This document shows positions 9,874 to 19,908 of a stretch of DNA of 64,000 nt, in pieces. The position numbers were made by a program, and so were the translations under genes. The notes below the pieces were generated by a model that had not been told where the DNA came from, did no database searches, and saw only the letters and a program-made list of their open reading frames with translations. Each line of letters starts with the position of its first letter. Positions within the stretch are counted from its first letter, which is position 1. Source of the DNA: Planctomycetota bacterium (GTDB lineage Bacteria > Planctomycetota > JAJSAM01 > JAJVHW01); contig CBDFJG010000002.1 in assembly GCA_965248445.1 (NCBI GenBank), positions 768,001 through 832,000 on the forward strand. The letters run 5' to 3'.

Positions 9874-11463
9874 ATGCGAGACGGAGCGAGCGCAGCCCGG
9901 CACCTGCCCCTGGCCGGGGTGCTCGCGCTCCACGTCGTGCTCGTCCTGGCCGTGGGACCGGGGTTCATGGCGAGTGACGACCTCTCCTACGGCCGCGCCG
10001 CCCACAAGCTCTCGACCGGCACGTTCGACCTCGCGGCGGAGGCGCAGCACTGGTCGCAACGGCTGGGCCTCGTGGCCCCCACCGCGCTCGTCTTCCGGTT
10101 GTTCGGCACCGGGTCGTGGCAGGCGGTGGTCGTCCCGACGGTGGCCTCGCTCTCGGGCATCGCGACCGCGTACTGGTTCCTCCGTAGTCGTGCGCCGCGG
10201 GGAGACGCGTGGCGGGCGGCCCTGCTCTATTGCGTGCTGCCCACGACTCTCAGCGCGTCGACGCTGCTCCTGCCGGACAACGCCATCGGCGTGGCGATCC
10301 TCGCCGCCGCGTGCCTGACCATCGCCGGCCGGTCAGCCGGCGCTCGGCGGCCCGCGCTGTTCGGCATCGGCGCGGCCGCCGTGATCGCGTTCTCAGTGAC
10401 GGTGAAGCTGACGACCGTGTGGGCCGCTCCGGTGTTCGTCGCCCTGCTCGTGCGCGACCTTCTCCGGAGGCGTCACGGACGCTTCTGGGCAGCGTTCACG
10501 GCTTGCGGTGCCGCCCTCGGCGCCGCGTACCTCGCGATGTACCACGTCCAGACCGGAGACGCGTTGTTCAGGATCAACGTGATCGAGACCGGGCACAACG
10601 CGGGTCGCAAGTGGGCTCTGGCCGGCGCGGAGACCGAGGTGTTCGTGCGCCGCCTGTCCGTCGAGCCGTTCGTCATGATGTTCCGGGCACTGACATTCAC
10701 GGGGCTGCTCGCACTTGCACTGCCGACGATGACCGCCGCACTCGCCGCTCCACGCAAGACGGCGCGGCGAAACGTCGTGTTCTCTGCCATCGCGGTCTGT
10801 CTGATCGTGCTGTTCTTCTTCGGGAGCACCTCGCTCCGCCGCTTCGCGCCGATGCCGCTGCTGCCGCGCATGCTCGCGCCGATCATCCCGCTGCTCGTCG
10901 TCCTGGCCGCCGCCCGCTGGCCGCGCCCATCACGAGCCGTGACGGCCGGCCGCACGATCGGCGTCCTGCTGCTGGCGGGCGCTGCGGTGTACGCCTTGGC
11001 GAACGGCAAGTTCCTCCAGGCTGCCGTCCCTGCGGCGCTCCTCGCACTGCTGCTCGCGCCGCGCGAGTCGGCGATCGGACTCCGGCGCCGCGTGCTGCTG
11101 ATCGCCATCCTGACTGGTGCAACGCTCTACGCGGGCGCGAAGGGTGGCGTCGGCGAGACGGCTACACAGCGCGTGGAGCGCGGGTTGCCCGCAGTCCTCG
11201 CCGAGAAGCTGCCGCCGGGCTCGCGACTGCTGTGCTCCACGCGCGGCGAGCGAGCCATGAACTACCGCTCCGGCTGGGATCTCCCCGCAGATCTCGAGTT
11301 CGTGACCTGGGAGAGCGCCGCCCCGCCGTTCGACGGCGTCACTCACGTCCTGTTCCTCCCCATGCGCCCCTCGAAGCCGCGGCCGGAAGTACGCGCGCTC
11401 CTGGATGCCGGAGAGGTCGTCCTCGAAGAGGCCGGAGTGCGCCTTGTGCGCGTCGTGCGCTGA
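9874..11463 (+). CDS. GT-C (ArnT/PMT-like) multi-pass membrane glycosyltransferase
   Basis: SDDLSY acidic motif after the first TM helix; many hydrophobic segments; LLPD and K.T motifs. Confidence 0.65.
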   Translation: MRDGASAARHLPLAGVLALHVVLVLAVGPGFMASDDLSYGRAAHKLSTGTFDLAAEAQHWSQRLGLVAPTALVFRLFGTGSWQAVVVPTVASLSGIATAYWFLRSRAPRGDAWRAALLYCVLPTTLSASTLLLPDNAIGVAILAAACLTIAGRSAGARRPALFGIGAAAVIAFSVTVKLTTVWAAPVFVALLVRDLLRRRHGRFWAAFTACGAALGAAYLAMYHVQTGDALFRINVIETGHNAGRKWALAGAETEVFVRRLSVEPFVMMFRALTFTGLLALALPTMTAALAAPRKTARRNVVFSAIAVCLIVLFFFGSTSLRRFAPMPLLPRMLAPIIPLLVVLAAARWPRPSRAVTAGRTIGVLLLAGAAVYALANGKFLQAAVPAALLALLLAPRESAIGLRRRVLLIAILTGATLYAGAKGGVGETATQRVERGLPAVLAEKLPPGSRLLCSTRGERAMNYRSGWDLPADLEFVTWESAAPPFDGVTHVLFLPMRPSKPRPEVRALLDAGEVVLEEAGVRLVRVVR

Positions 11464-11520
11464 CCCGGCGTTCCGACGTGACCCTCCTGCCCGGGGGAGA
11501 TACAAACACCCGTTCGCGCC

Positions 11521-12276
11521 ATGGAACTCGAAACACTTCCTGCAACCCCGGAGCCCGCACCGGAACCACCGCGCACGGTCGTGCTGTCGATCGTGGTGCC
11601 GGCGTTCAACGAAGAGGCGACGGTGCGCACGCTGCTCGAGCGCGTGCGCAGCTCCGACCTCTCGCAGCTGGGTGTGACCAAGGAGGTCATCGTCGTCGAC
11701 GACTGCTCGACGGACGGGACGCGGGAGGCGCTGGCCGGGTGCGAGGACCTGTACGACAAGCTCGTCCTCCACCAGGAGAACCAGGGCAAGGGAGCAGCGC
11801 TGCACTCTGGGTTCGAGCAAGCGACAGGCGACATCGTGCTGATCCAGGACGCGGACCTCGAATACCGGCCCAGCCAGTACCCGCGGCTGCTCGAACCGAT
11901 CCTCTCGGGGCGTGCCGACATCGTGTACGGCTCGCGCTTCCGAGGCGGTGACGCGGCGCGCGTCCTCAACTACTGGCACTACGTCGGCAACCGGTTCCTC
12001 ACCACGCTCTCCAACATGGTGACGAACCTGAATCTCACCGACATGGAGACTTGCTACAAGGTGTTCCGCCGTGAGTGCCTCGAGGGTCTCTCGCTCCAGC
12101 AGAAGCGTTTCGGTTTCGAGCCGGAGGTCACGGCGAAGCTCGCCAAGCGCAAGTTCCGCTTCTACGAGATCGGCATCGCGTACGACGGCCGATCTTACGA
12201 CGACGGCAAGAAGATCGGCTGGAAGGACGGCGTCGCCGCGCTCTGGTGCATCATTCGCTACGGCGTGTTCGGCTAG
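11521..12276 (+). CDS. GT2 glycosyltransferase (polyprenol-phosphate sugar synthase-like)
   Basis: VVPAFNEE, VDDCSTDGT, NQGKGAA, IQDADLEY, TDMETCYK, FGFEPEVT, GKKIGWKDG. Confidence 0.9.
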   Translation: MELETLPATPEPAPEPPRTVVLSIVVPAFNEEATVRTLLERVRSSDLSQLGVTKEVIVVDDCSTDGTREALAGCEDLYDKLVLHQENQGKGAALHSGFEQATGDIVLIQDADLEYRPSQYPRLLEPILSGRADIVYGSRFRGGDAARVLNYWHYVGNRFLTTLSNMVTNLNLTDMETCYKVFRRECLEGLSLQQKRFGFEPEVTAKLAKRKFRFYEIGIAYDGRSYDDGKKIGWKDGVAALWCIIRYGVFG

Positions 12277-12284
12277 CGGCCTCG

Positions 12285-14147
12285 TCAGCGCAGACGGATC
12301 GTGAATGGCGAACCGTCCCCCCCGTTCACGCGGATGAAACCGATACGGTCGCGCGGGTGTGCCTCGCGCACGAGCGTCAGCGGTGGATCCACACGCAGGC
12401 GCCGGTCCCAGTGGAGCTTGAGCACGACGTCGCCGGGGCCGTCGGGACGCACGGCGATCGTGTCGTGCTTCGCGACGACCGTCCCGCTGCCGGTCAGGAA
12501 CGGAGACGGTTTCCGGCGCGCGCGGAACAGCACGTAGGGCGCGCTCACTCCGGCTTCCTCGACGACGCCGGTTGCCGCACGCAGCCGCGCGATCGACTCG
12601 CCGCCGATGGCCGCGAGTCCCGTGACGTCATAGAGATCCAGGAACGCCGCGATCTCGGCGTCGGACAGGTCGACGAGCGGCCGCAATCCGAAGCGGCCGA
12701 ACGAGAACGACGCATCGGAATGCGGCACCCAGCCCCGGTAGTAGGGACCGCCGAGCCACGCGCGCCCTGTCTGCCCTGCACCGATCGCGCCGGCCCACAG
12801 GCCGATGCCGGCGGGCGGACGGGGACCTGTCTCTTCGAAGGCAACGCGTCCGGCCGGGTCGCCGAGCACGGTCAGCGCGTCGAACAGAAGCGTCGCCCGT
12901 TCCGGCACCTGACTCCAGAGGCGCGCCTTCCCGAACAGCCGCGTCTTGACCGGGACGAACGCGCCGAGAGCGAGCACGAGTGCAGTGACGACGGCCGTGA
13001 CGACCCGCGTTCGCGGCATCCAGCCGCGCCACCGTTCAAACAGTTCGACGGCGCCGAGACCCGTCGGGACGGCGGCGACGAGCGCGAATGCCGGGCGCAT
13101 GCGATTCGCTTCGACGAACTTCGAGATCACCTCGGAGTATCCGCCGAGGAACGCGGTCAGAAACACGACGATCCCTCCGAGCCCCCACGCGACCGCGACG
13201 TGGCGATGGCCCGTCCGCGCCAGCCGTACCAGTCCGAAGGGCGCTACGACGAGCGGCACGATCACACCGAAGAAGCGCGGAGTCGGCAGCGCGAACTGAC
13301 GCGCCAGCTCCGACAGTCCGCCGCCGCCGCCATGCACCAGCCGCCCGGGACGCGGAAGCGGCTCGAGCAGGTGGAGGTCGGCCAGCATCGGCAGGGTCCA
13401 CGGCAAGTTGGCGACGGCGATCACCAGCACGGCGGTCGCCGCCGGGAGCGCACGCTGTTTCGCGCGAACGAGCGGCACGACCAGCGCCAACCCGAGGATG
13501 GCGCACATCAGCGGCGTGAGTGCGTGCAGGTAGAACAGCGGTGCCGTCGCGGCGAGCAAGGCCGCGTTACGCCAGCCCGGCACCCGGATCGCGCGAGAGA
13601 GAGACGCTGTGATCGGCATGGCCACCGCGGTTGCCAGCAGGAACGCGTAGGTGCCGAACAGGCTCCACGTGACGACTTCGAGATCGAGGTTCCACGCGAC
13701 CGCGAACGCTGCAGCCGCAGCGACTCCCTCGGCGCGCGGCCGCTCCAGGATGCGCATCGCGGTGTAGCCGGCCAGCGGCACGAGCGAGAAGGCGACGAGG
13801 AAGAACAGGTTGAACGCGCGTCCCGCGCCGAGCGCCTCGCCGAACAGCCACGTCCACGCGATCAACGCCTTGTCGTCGAGAGTCGAGATCGTCCCGCCGA
13901 CCCAGCCCGCCATGTGGAACGGGTCGTAGCCCCACGAGGCGAGAGGACCGCCGAACGACGTCGCGTGAACGGACGCGTGGTACCAGTGCAGGGAGTAGTC
14001 GGTACGCAGGATCGGGTCCGCACCGAACGCGACGTCGAGCGGCAACTGCCGCGTCACGAACAACACGTGGAGCACGAGCACCGCGACGAGCGCAGCCCGG
14101 GCGCTGCGCCACCACACCGTCGAGTGAATCTCCGCCCTGTCGCTCAT
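12285..14147 (-). CDS. Multi-pass membrane protein, possibly GT-C superfamily
   Basis: TDYSLH...YDPFHMAG N-terminal loop, about 10 TM segments, soluble C-terminus. Confidence 0.5.
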   Translation of the reverse strand: MSDRAEIHSTVWWRSARAALVAVLVLHVLFVTRQLPLDVAFGADPILRTDYSLHWYHASVHATSFGGPLASWGYDPFHMAGWVGGTISTLDDKALIAWTWLFGEALGAGRAFNLFFLVAFSLVPLAGYTAMRILERPRAEGVAAAAAFAVAWNLDLEVVTWSLFGTYAFLLATAVAMPITASLSRAIRVPGWRNAALLAATAPLFYLHALTPLMCAILGLALVVPLVRAKQRALPAATAVLVIAVANLPWTLPMLADLHLLEPLPRPGRLVHGGGGGLSELARQFALPTPRFFGVIVPLVVAPFGLVRLARTGHRHVAVAWGLGGIVVFLTAFLGGYSEVISKFVEANRMRPAFALVAAVPTGLGAVELFERWRGWMPRTRVVTAVVTALVLALGAFVPVKTRLFGKARLWSQVPERATLLFDALTVLGDPAGRVAFEETGPRPPAGIGLWAGAIGAGQTGRAWLGGPYYRGWVPHSDASFSFGRFGLRPLVDLSDAEIAAFLDLYDVTGLAAIGGESIARLRAATGVVEEAGVSAPYVLFRARRKPSPFLTGSGTVVAKHDTIAVRPDGPGDVVLKLHWDRRLRVDPPLTLVREAHPRDRIGFIRVNGGDGSPFTIRLR

Positions 14148-14196
14148 GCCGTCGCCGCACTCTCCGGAGGTGCTCCGGCCACTGCGAGAAAAAGCC

Positions 14197-15324
14197 CTAC
14201 TCGGTTGCCGCTTCGTAGATCGCGCGAAGCGCGCGAGCCCGGTCCGCCGGGTCGTGGTCGCGGCGGATGCGCTCGAGCGCTCGTTCTCCACGGACCCTCA
14301 GTTCGTCGGGCTGCGCCACGATCTCCGAGATCGCCCCGTCGAGCTGCTCCTCGAGTGTCCGGGAGAACGCCGCCCGCTCCGCGTCGCTCTCCACCAATGC
14401 GTTGCGGAGTCCGTCGCGCGGGACGTCCAGCATCCAGCCGCACGACGAGTCGTTGATCTCGGGCAGGGCCCGGACGTTCGTCGAGACGACCGGAGTCGCG
14501 CACGCCTGCGCTTCGAGAACGACGTATCCGTACGTATCCGCGTACGTGGGCATCAGCGCGACATGTGAGCCGCGCATCAGTTCGACGACTCGTTCGTTCG
14601 AGAGGCTCTCGTGATGCGTGATCGCGGCTGCGTGACGCTCGAGCAGCGCGCGTGCCTCCCGCTGCTCGGCGTCGCCCGCGGCCGACGCCCGGTCGCCTTC
14701 CTGCAGGACACCGACGATCGTCAGATGCAGAGGAGCACCCGTCTCGAGGTGCCGCGACACGACGCGCAGCATCTCGAGTCCGCCCTTGCGGAAGAAGTTG
14801 CGCGCCACGAACAACAGCGAGAGGCCGTCTTCGCGCAGCGGCTTCTCGTCCCACGAGCTGACGAACGCCGGCTGGGCAGGATGCAACACCGAGATCTTGG
14901 GATCCACCGCGGCTTGGATGTCGGGGTAGCGGGTCAGTTCCGCACGCTCGATGTCGGCGGAGTTCTCGGAGATCGCGATGACGCGCTTGCAACTCTCCTT
15001 CGCAAGACGACCCAGCCCCCACCGCGACGCGCGGTTCCAGCGCGGGATGAACGACGAGATCGAGACGACCCACGGTTTCCGCGTGACAGCGATCGAGAAG
15101 AAGTGGTGGTAAAGATCCACGCCCGAGCCACCCATGTCGAGATGCGTGTATCGGACGAGGTCCGGCGTGCGACGGAAGAGCCGGTACATCGCACCGTCGA
15201 GCACGCGGCAGGGGTCCATCACCCGCCGGAACGTGACACCCTCATGCGGAAGGTCGATGAAGTTGCGCCGCTCGCGGTACGCCGTACGCAGGACCCCCAC
15301 CGTGATCGGCCGCGGCTCGGTCAC
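14197..15324 (-). CDS. GT4 glycosyltransferase
   Basis: FFRKGG and DTYGYVVLEAQACATPVV...LPEI (acidic-x7-E motif). Confidence 0.85.
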   Translation of the reverse strand: MTEPRPITVGVLRTAYRERRNFIDLPHEGVTFRRVMDPCRVLDGAMYRLFRRTPDLVRYTHLDMGGSGVDLYHHFFSIAVTRKPWVVSISSFIPRWNRASRWGLGRLAKESCKRVIAISENSADIERAELTRYPDIQAAVDPKISVLHPAQPAFVSSWDEKPLREDGLSLLFVARNFFRKGGLEMLRVVSRHLETGAPLHLTIVGVLQEGDRASAAGDAEQREARALLERHAAAITHHESLSNERVVELMRGSHVALMPTYADTYGYVVLEAQACATPVVSTNVRALPEINDSSCGWMLDVPRDGLRNALVESDAERAAFSRTLEEQLDGAISEIVAQPDELRVRGERALERIRRDHDPADRARALRAIYEAATE

Positions 15325-15445
15325 GCCGCACCACCAGTCCCTGCGGGCGCCGCGGGGTCGAGGCTGCTGATCGGAAGCGAGTCGTGCATCGCGGGTCGCG
15401 GGCGAAGCTACCGCCCGCCCTCACGATGAGCGCGCCGGAATCGAG

Positions 15446-15478
15446 ACGGGCGGTCACCGCACTGCGGTGACCGCCCGT
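15446..15478 (-). terminator. Perfect 16-bp inverted repeat downstream of groEL (putative terminator)
   Basis: ACGGGCGGTCACCGCA-C-TGCGGTGACCGCCCGT; no clear U-tract. Confidence 0.65.
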
Positions 15479-15505
15479 TCTGTTTCGGGTAACGAGGGAG
15501 CGCGC

Positions 15506-17205
15506 TTAGAAGCCGCCCATCCCTCCCATGCCGCCCATTCCGCCCATGCCACCCATGCCGCCACCCATGCCACCCATGTCGCCGCCCGGTCCGGCGCCGC
15601 CGGCGGGCTTCTTCTCGGGGATCTCGGTGATCACGGCCTCGGTGGTGAGCAAGAGAGTGCTGACGCTCGCGGCGTTCTGGAGCGCGGCGCGGACGACCTT
15701 GCGCGGGTCGATGACGCCCATGTCGACGAGATCGCCGTACGACTCGGTCGCCGCGTTGTATCCGTAGCGCTTGCCGCGGGCGCCGCGGACGTTCTCGACG
15801 ACGATCGAACCGTCAACACCCGCGTTGCTCGCGATCTGACGGATCGGTGCCTCGATGGCGCGACGCACGATGCCGATACCGACACGCGTGTCCTCGTCCT
15901 TGCAGTCGGCTTCGACCTTCTCGAGCATCTTCTGCGCGCGCAGCAGCGCGGTGCCGCCGCCGGGCAGGATGCCCTCTTCGAGGGCCGCCTTCGTGGCGTC
16001 GCGCGCGTCCTCGACGCGCATCTTGCGCTCCTTCATCTCGACCTCGGTGGCTGCGCCGACGTTGATCTGCGCGACACCGCCGGCGAGCTTGGCAAGACGC
16101 TCCTGGAGCTTCTCGCGGTCGTAGTCCGACTTCGTGTCCTCGAGCTCGCGCGTGATCTGCTGGACGCGCGACTTGATGTCGCCGGCCTTGCCGCCGCCCT
16201 CGACGATCGTCGTGTCGTCCTTGCTGATGATCACCTTCTTGACGGTGCCCAGGTCCTTCAGCTCGACGTTCTCGAGCTGCACGCCCAGGTCCTCGAACAA
16301 CGCCGTGCCACCGGTCAGGATCGCGATGTCCTGCATCATCGCCTTGCGGCGGTCACCGAAGCCCGGTGCCTTGACGGCGCAGGCGTTCAGCGTGCCGCGC
16401 AAGCAGTTGACGACCAGCGTCGCAAGCGCCTCGCCCTCGACGTCCTCGGCGAGGATCAGCAGCGGGCGGCCCGCCTTCGCGATCTTCTCGAGCAGCGGGA
16501 GCAAGTCCTTGACGGAGCTGACCTTCTTCTCGTGGACGAGCACGAACGCGTTCTCGAGCACGCACTCCATGTCCTGCGGCTTGTTGACGAAGTGGGGCGA
16601 GAGCCAGCCCTTGTCGAACTGCATGCCCTCCTTCCACTCCACTTCGGTCGTGAGACCGCGGCCCTCTTCGACCGTCACGACGCCGTTCTGCCCCACCCTG
16701 GTGATGGCCTCGGCGATCTTGGCACCGATCTCCGGGTCGTTGTTGGCGGCGATGGCGGCGACGTGCGCGATCTGCGTCTCGTCGGTCGCACTCACCTTGA
16801 TCGAGTCCTTGCCGAGCTGCTCGACGATCGACTCGACGGCGATCTCGATGCCGCGCTTGATCCCGAGCGGCGAAGCGCCCGCGGCGACGTTCTTCAGACC
16901 CTCGTCGAAGATCGCCTCGGCGAGCACGACGGCGGTCGTGGTCCCGTCACCCGCAACGTCGGCGGTCTTGGTGGCGACCTCGCGGACCATCGTCGCTCCG
17001 ATGTTCTCGTAGCGGTCCTTGAGCTCGACCTCCTTGGCCACCGTGGCGCCGTCCTTGGTCACCTGCGGGGCGCCGAACGCCTTCTCGATGAGCACGTTCC
17101 GGCCGCGGGGGCCGAGCGTCACCTTGACGGCGCGGGCCAGCGCCTTGACACCCCGGCGGGTGTTCTCGCGGCTTCCTGACTGAAGGCAATCCTCTTGGCG
17201 GTCAT
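15506..17205 (-). CDS. groEL: Chaperonin GroEL with an apparent 1-nt deletion near 17170
   Basis: [18 protein letters not shown] tail. ATG at 17205 gives [12 protein letters not shown], then the frame shifts; the 1700-nt span is one short of a codon multiple. Confidence 0.93.
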
Positions 17206-17277
17206 GGTCGTTCCTCTGTCCTTGGTCGCGTTGGTTCGCCCAGATGAAGGGCGCTCTGAGAAGGGGGGAGCAGGCAG

Positions 17278-17574
17278 CTAGTCGACGATCGCGAGGATGT
17301 CGTCCTCGCCGAGCACCAGCAGTTCCTCGCCCATCACCTTGATCTCGGTGCCGGCGTATGAACTGAAGATGACCCGGTCACCCTTGCTCACCTGGAACTG
17401 CGAGCGCTCGCCGCTCTTGAGCAGGCGCCCGTTGCCGACGGCGACGATGCGTCCCTCCTTCGGCTTCTCCTTGGCGTTGTCGGGCAGCACGATGCCGCCT
17501 GCCGTCTTGCTCTCGGCCTCGAGGCGCTTCACGAGCACCTTGTCGTTGATCGGACGGATCTTCGTCTTCGCCAT
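17278..17574 (-). CDS. groES: Co-chaperonin GroES
   Basis: [38 protein letters not shown]. Confidence 0.95.
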   Translation of the reverse strand: MAKTKIRPINDKVLVKRLEAESKTAGGIVLPDNAKEKPKEGRIVAVGNGRLLKSGERSQFQVSKGDRVIFSSYAGTEIKVMGEELLVLGEDDILAIVD

Positions 17575-17705
17575 GGTCGGTCGGTCTCCTGCGACGTCTT
17601 CGTGCGACTGGCCGGCTGGCGGCGTCTGCGCGTCTTCCAACTGACGGCCCTCACAGCCTGCACGACGACGTGCGGGCGTACGGAGACCGTTCCCGCCAGC
17701 AGATC

Positions 17706-17720
17706 GCAATGCCGGTACCA
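17706..17720 (-). promoter_or_regulatory. Candidate sigma54 (-24/-12) promoter of groESL
   Basis: Minus strand TGGTACCGGCATTGC = GG-N10-GC, close to consensus TGGCAC-N5-TTGC. Confidence 0.55.
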
Positions 17721-17923
17721 AGCCGCCGGCTACCCGCGGCTTCGCGCCTAACCCTCTTCCAGAAAAGGGCTTGAAGCACCGGCCCAGCCCGCTCACCAGG
17801 CGTGCCACGTTGGCAGACACGCATCCCGCCGATCACGCTGCTGTCAGGCTGACAGCCCGGTCGGGGAGCGGGGATCGCAATTGCGCATTGGACAAGGATT
17901 ATCGCCTTCGATATTTTAAGGAG

Positions 17924-18316
17924 ATGAGCGATGTGGCCGGGAGCACCGGTCGTCTGGAACGGTCTCCCATCTACCGAGGGATGGTCCGCGGCCTGCTGCC
18001 CTACTACTTGCTGTTCCTGCTGGCCCAGGAGCCGGCGTACGGGACGCGGCTGATCGAGCTCATCGGGGAGGCGACCGGCGGCGACTGGCGACCGAGTCCC
18101 GGGTCCGTCTACCCGCTCCTGCGGCGGTTCGAGGACAAGGGCCACGTGAAGGGTGAGTACCGCCGGGGGTCCGCCGCGGCGCAGCGGGTCTACGAGATCA
18201 CGCCCGAGGGCCGCGCGGCGATGGCGGCGATCGAGAAGGACCTGATGGCCGACCTCGATGCGGCGCGCCAGCTGATCGACCGCCACGTCCGCTGGTTCAA
18301 GAGCGCGGCGAGGTAA
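17924..18316 (+). CDS. PadR-family transcriptional regulator
   Basis: YGTRLI...WRPSPGSVYPLLRR...YEITPEG. Confidence 0.9.
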   Translation: MSDVAGSTGRLERSPIYRGMVRGLLPYYLLFLLAQEPAYGTRLIELIGEATGGDWRPSPGSVYPLLRRFEDKGHVKGEYRRGSAAAQRVYEITPEGRAAMAAIEKDLMADLDAARQLIDRHVRWFKSAAR

Positions 18317-18340
18317 CGCCCAGGACGCCCCACGCGGACG

Positions 18341-19840
18341 GTAACCGTTCACCCCTTCGTCGCGAGCCAGGATCCAGATCGTTCGGCCATCGGTCGATCA
18401 AGATGTTGTGGGCGAGCGGCAGGACGAGGATCTGCGGGCGATGGTCGAGGGCCTTCTGGCCTGGATCGAGGAGCTGGAGCGTCGCGAAGCGAAGCATCTG
18501 CGCCGCATCGACGAGCTCGAGTCGCGTCTGAAGCGTGACTCCCGCAACAGCTCGAGGCCTCCGTCGTCGGACCCGGCGTGGTCCAAGCGCCGTCGCGGCC
18601 GAAGGCCGCGTAGCGGTCGCAAGCAGGGCGGACAGCCGGGCCATGAGGGCACGGCGCGCGAGCTGGTGGATCCGTCCAACGTCGATGAGACCAAGGAGCA
18701 CCGTCCCGACCTCTGCGACGCGTGCGGACACGACGATCTCGAGCAGGGCATCGGCGATCCGTACCGGCACCAGGTGACGGTGCTCCCGCGCGTGCTCGTC
18801 ACGGTGCGGGAGCACCGGCTGCACAAGGCGCGGTGCCGGCGCTGTCGTGCGGTCACGACGGCGGTCCTGCCCGATGGCGTGCCGACCGGGGCCTTCGGTC
18901 CGCGGCTGACCACACTTGCCGGCGCGCTGCGCGGCGTGTACCGCGTGAGCGTGCGGGAGACGCAGCGGCTGCTCGGTGAGATCTTCGGTGTGAAGATGTC
19001 GCTGGGCAAGATCAGCGACTGTGAGCGTCGGCTCAGTGACGCTCTGCACTCGTCGTACCTCGAAGCCCTCGGGGCAGTCCGCACGTCGCTGCGAGCCAAC
19101 GTGGACGAGACGTCGTGGAAGGAACGGGGCCGGGTGTGCTGGCTGTGGGCGGCGGAGAGCGAGCACGCCACAGCCTTCGGGATCGATCGCCGCCGCAGTG
19201 CCAAGGCGAAAGGGCGGCTGATCGGGCGGCGCTTCGGTGGCACGGTGATCAGCGACCGGATGGGTGCCTACGAGTCACACCCACTTGCCCGCCGCCAGCT
19301 CTGCTGGGCGCACATCGAGCGCGCCTTCCGTGCGCTGGCCGAAGGCCCGCGAGGACATCGCCGCTTCGGCAACAAGGGCGTCATGATCGCGCAGTCGGTC
19401 ATGCGCAGCTACCGGCTCTTCGGTGAGCACGGCGACCGTGACCGGCTGCAAGGCGAAGCCGCTGTGCTGCGCGGACGGCTCGAGCGACTGATCGCGAACG
19501 ACGACTCGGCTCTGGCCAACCATCTGCGCCCCCGCGTGGTCGCCCTCTTCACCTATGCGCGGACCCAGGACGTGAGTCCGACGAACAACGCCGCCGAGCG
19601 CGCGGTCCGCAAAGCGGTGCTCTGGCGCAAGGGCTCCTTCGGAAGCCAGTCCGCTCGCGGACTCCGCTTCGCCGAGCGCGTGTTGACCGCCGCGGCCACG
19701 CTGCGACGCCGTGGCGACCAAGTCTTCGACTTCCTCGCCGACTCGGTCGCCGCGCACCTCACCGGCGCCGACCCGCCCGTCATGGTCCCGCTGCCCCTCG
19801 CACGCTGAGGCTCACACGCTGTCAAGGGGTGAACGGTTAC
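18341..19840 (+). mobile_element. IS66-family element, single-ORF type, copy 1 (1500 bp)
   Basis: 17-bp terminal IRs GTAACCGTTCACCCCTT / AAGGGGTGAACGGTTAC; near-identical copy at 58629-60128; no target duplication. Confidence 0.9.
18408..19808 (+). CDS. IS66-family transposase
   Basis: SRNSSRPPSSD, GGQPGHEG, CxxC zinc finger, DET, SDR, QLCWAH, TNNAAER. Confidence 0.92.
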   Translation: MGERQDEDLRAMVEGLLAWIEELERREAKHLRRIDELESRLKRDSRNSSRPPSSDPAWSKRRRGRRPRSGRKQGGQPGHEGTARELVDPSNVDETKEHRPDLCDACGHDDLEQGIGDPYRHQVTVLPRVLVTVREHRLHKARCRRCRAVTTAVLPDGVPTGAFGPRLTTLAGALRGVYRVSVRETQRLLGEIFGVKMSLGKISDCERRLSDALHSSYLEALGAVRTSLRANVDETSWKERGRVCWLWAAESEHATAFGIDRRRSAKAKGRLIGRRFGGTVISDRMGAYESHPLARRQLCWAHIERAFRALAEGPRGHRRFGNKGVMIAQSVMRSYRLFGEHGDRDRLQGEAAVLRGRLERLIANDDSALANHLRPRVVALFTYARTQDVSPTNNAAERAVRKAVLWRKGSFGSQSARGLRFAERVLTAAATLRRRGDQVFDFLADSVAAHLTGADPPVMVPLPLAR

Positions 19841-19908
19841 TCGCGGGGCAGGGGCCGTGAGCTCGCCGGCGCACTCGCCAGGTTCCCGCCCACTCTCGAT
19901 CTCCGCCA

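Noticed and set aside
15515..15580. 9-bp periodic repeat
   Set aside because: Standard GroEL GGM tail.
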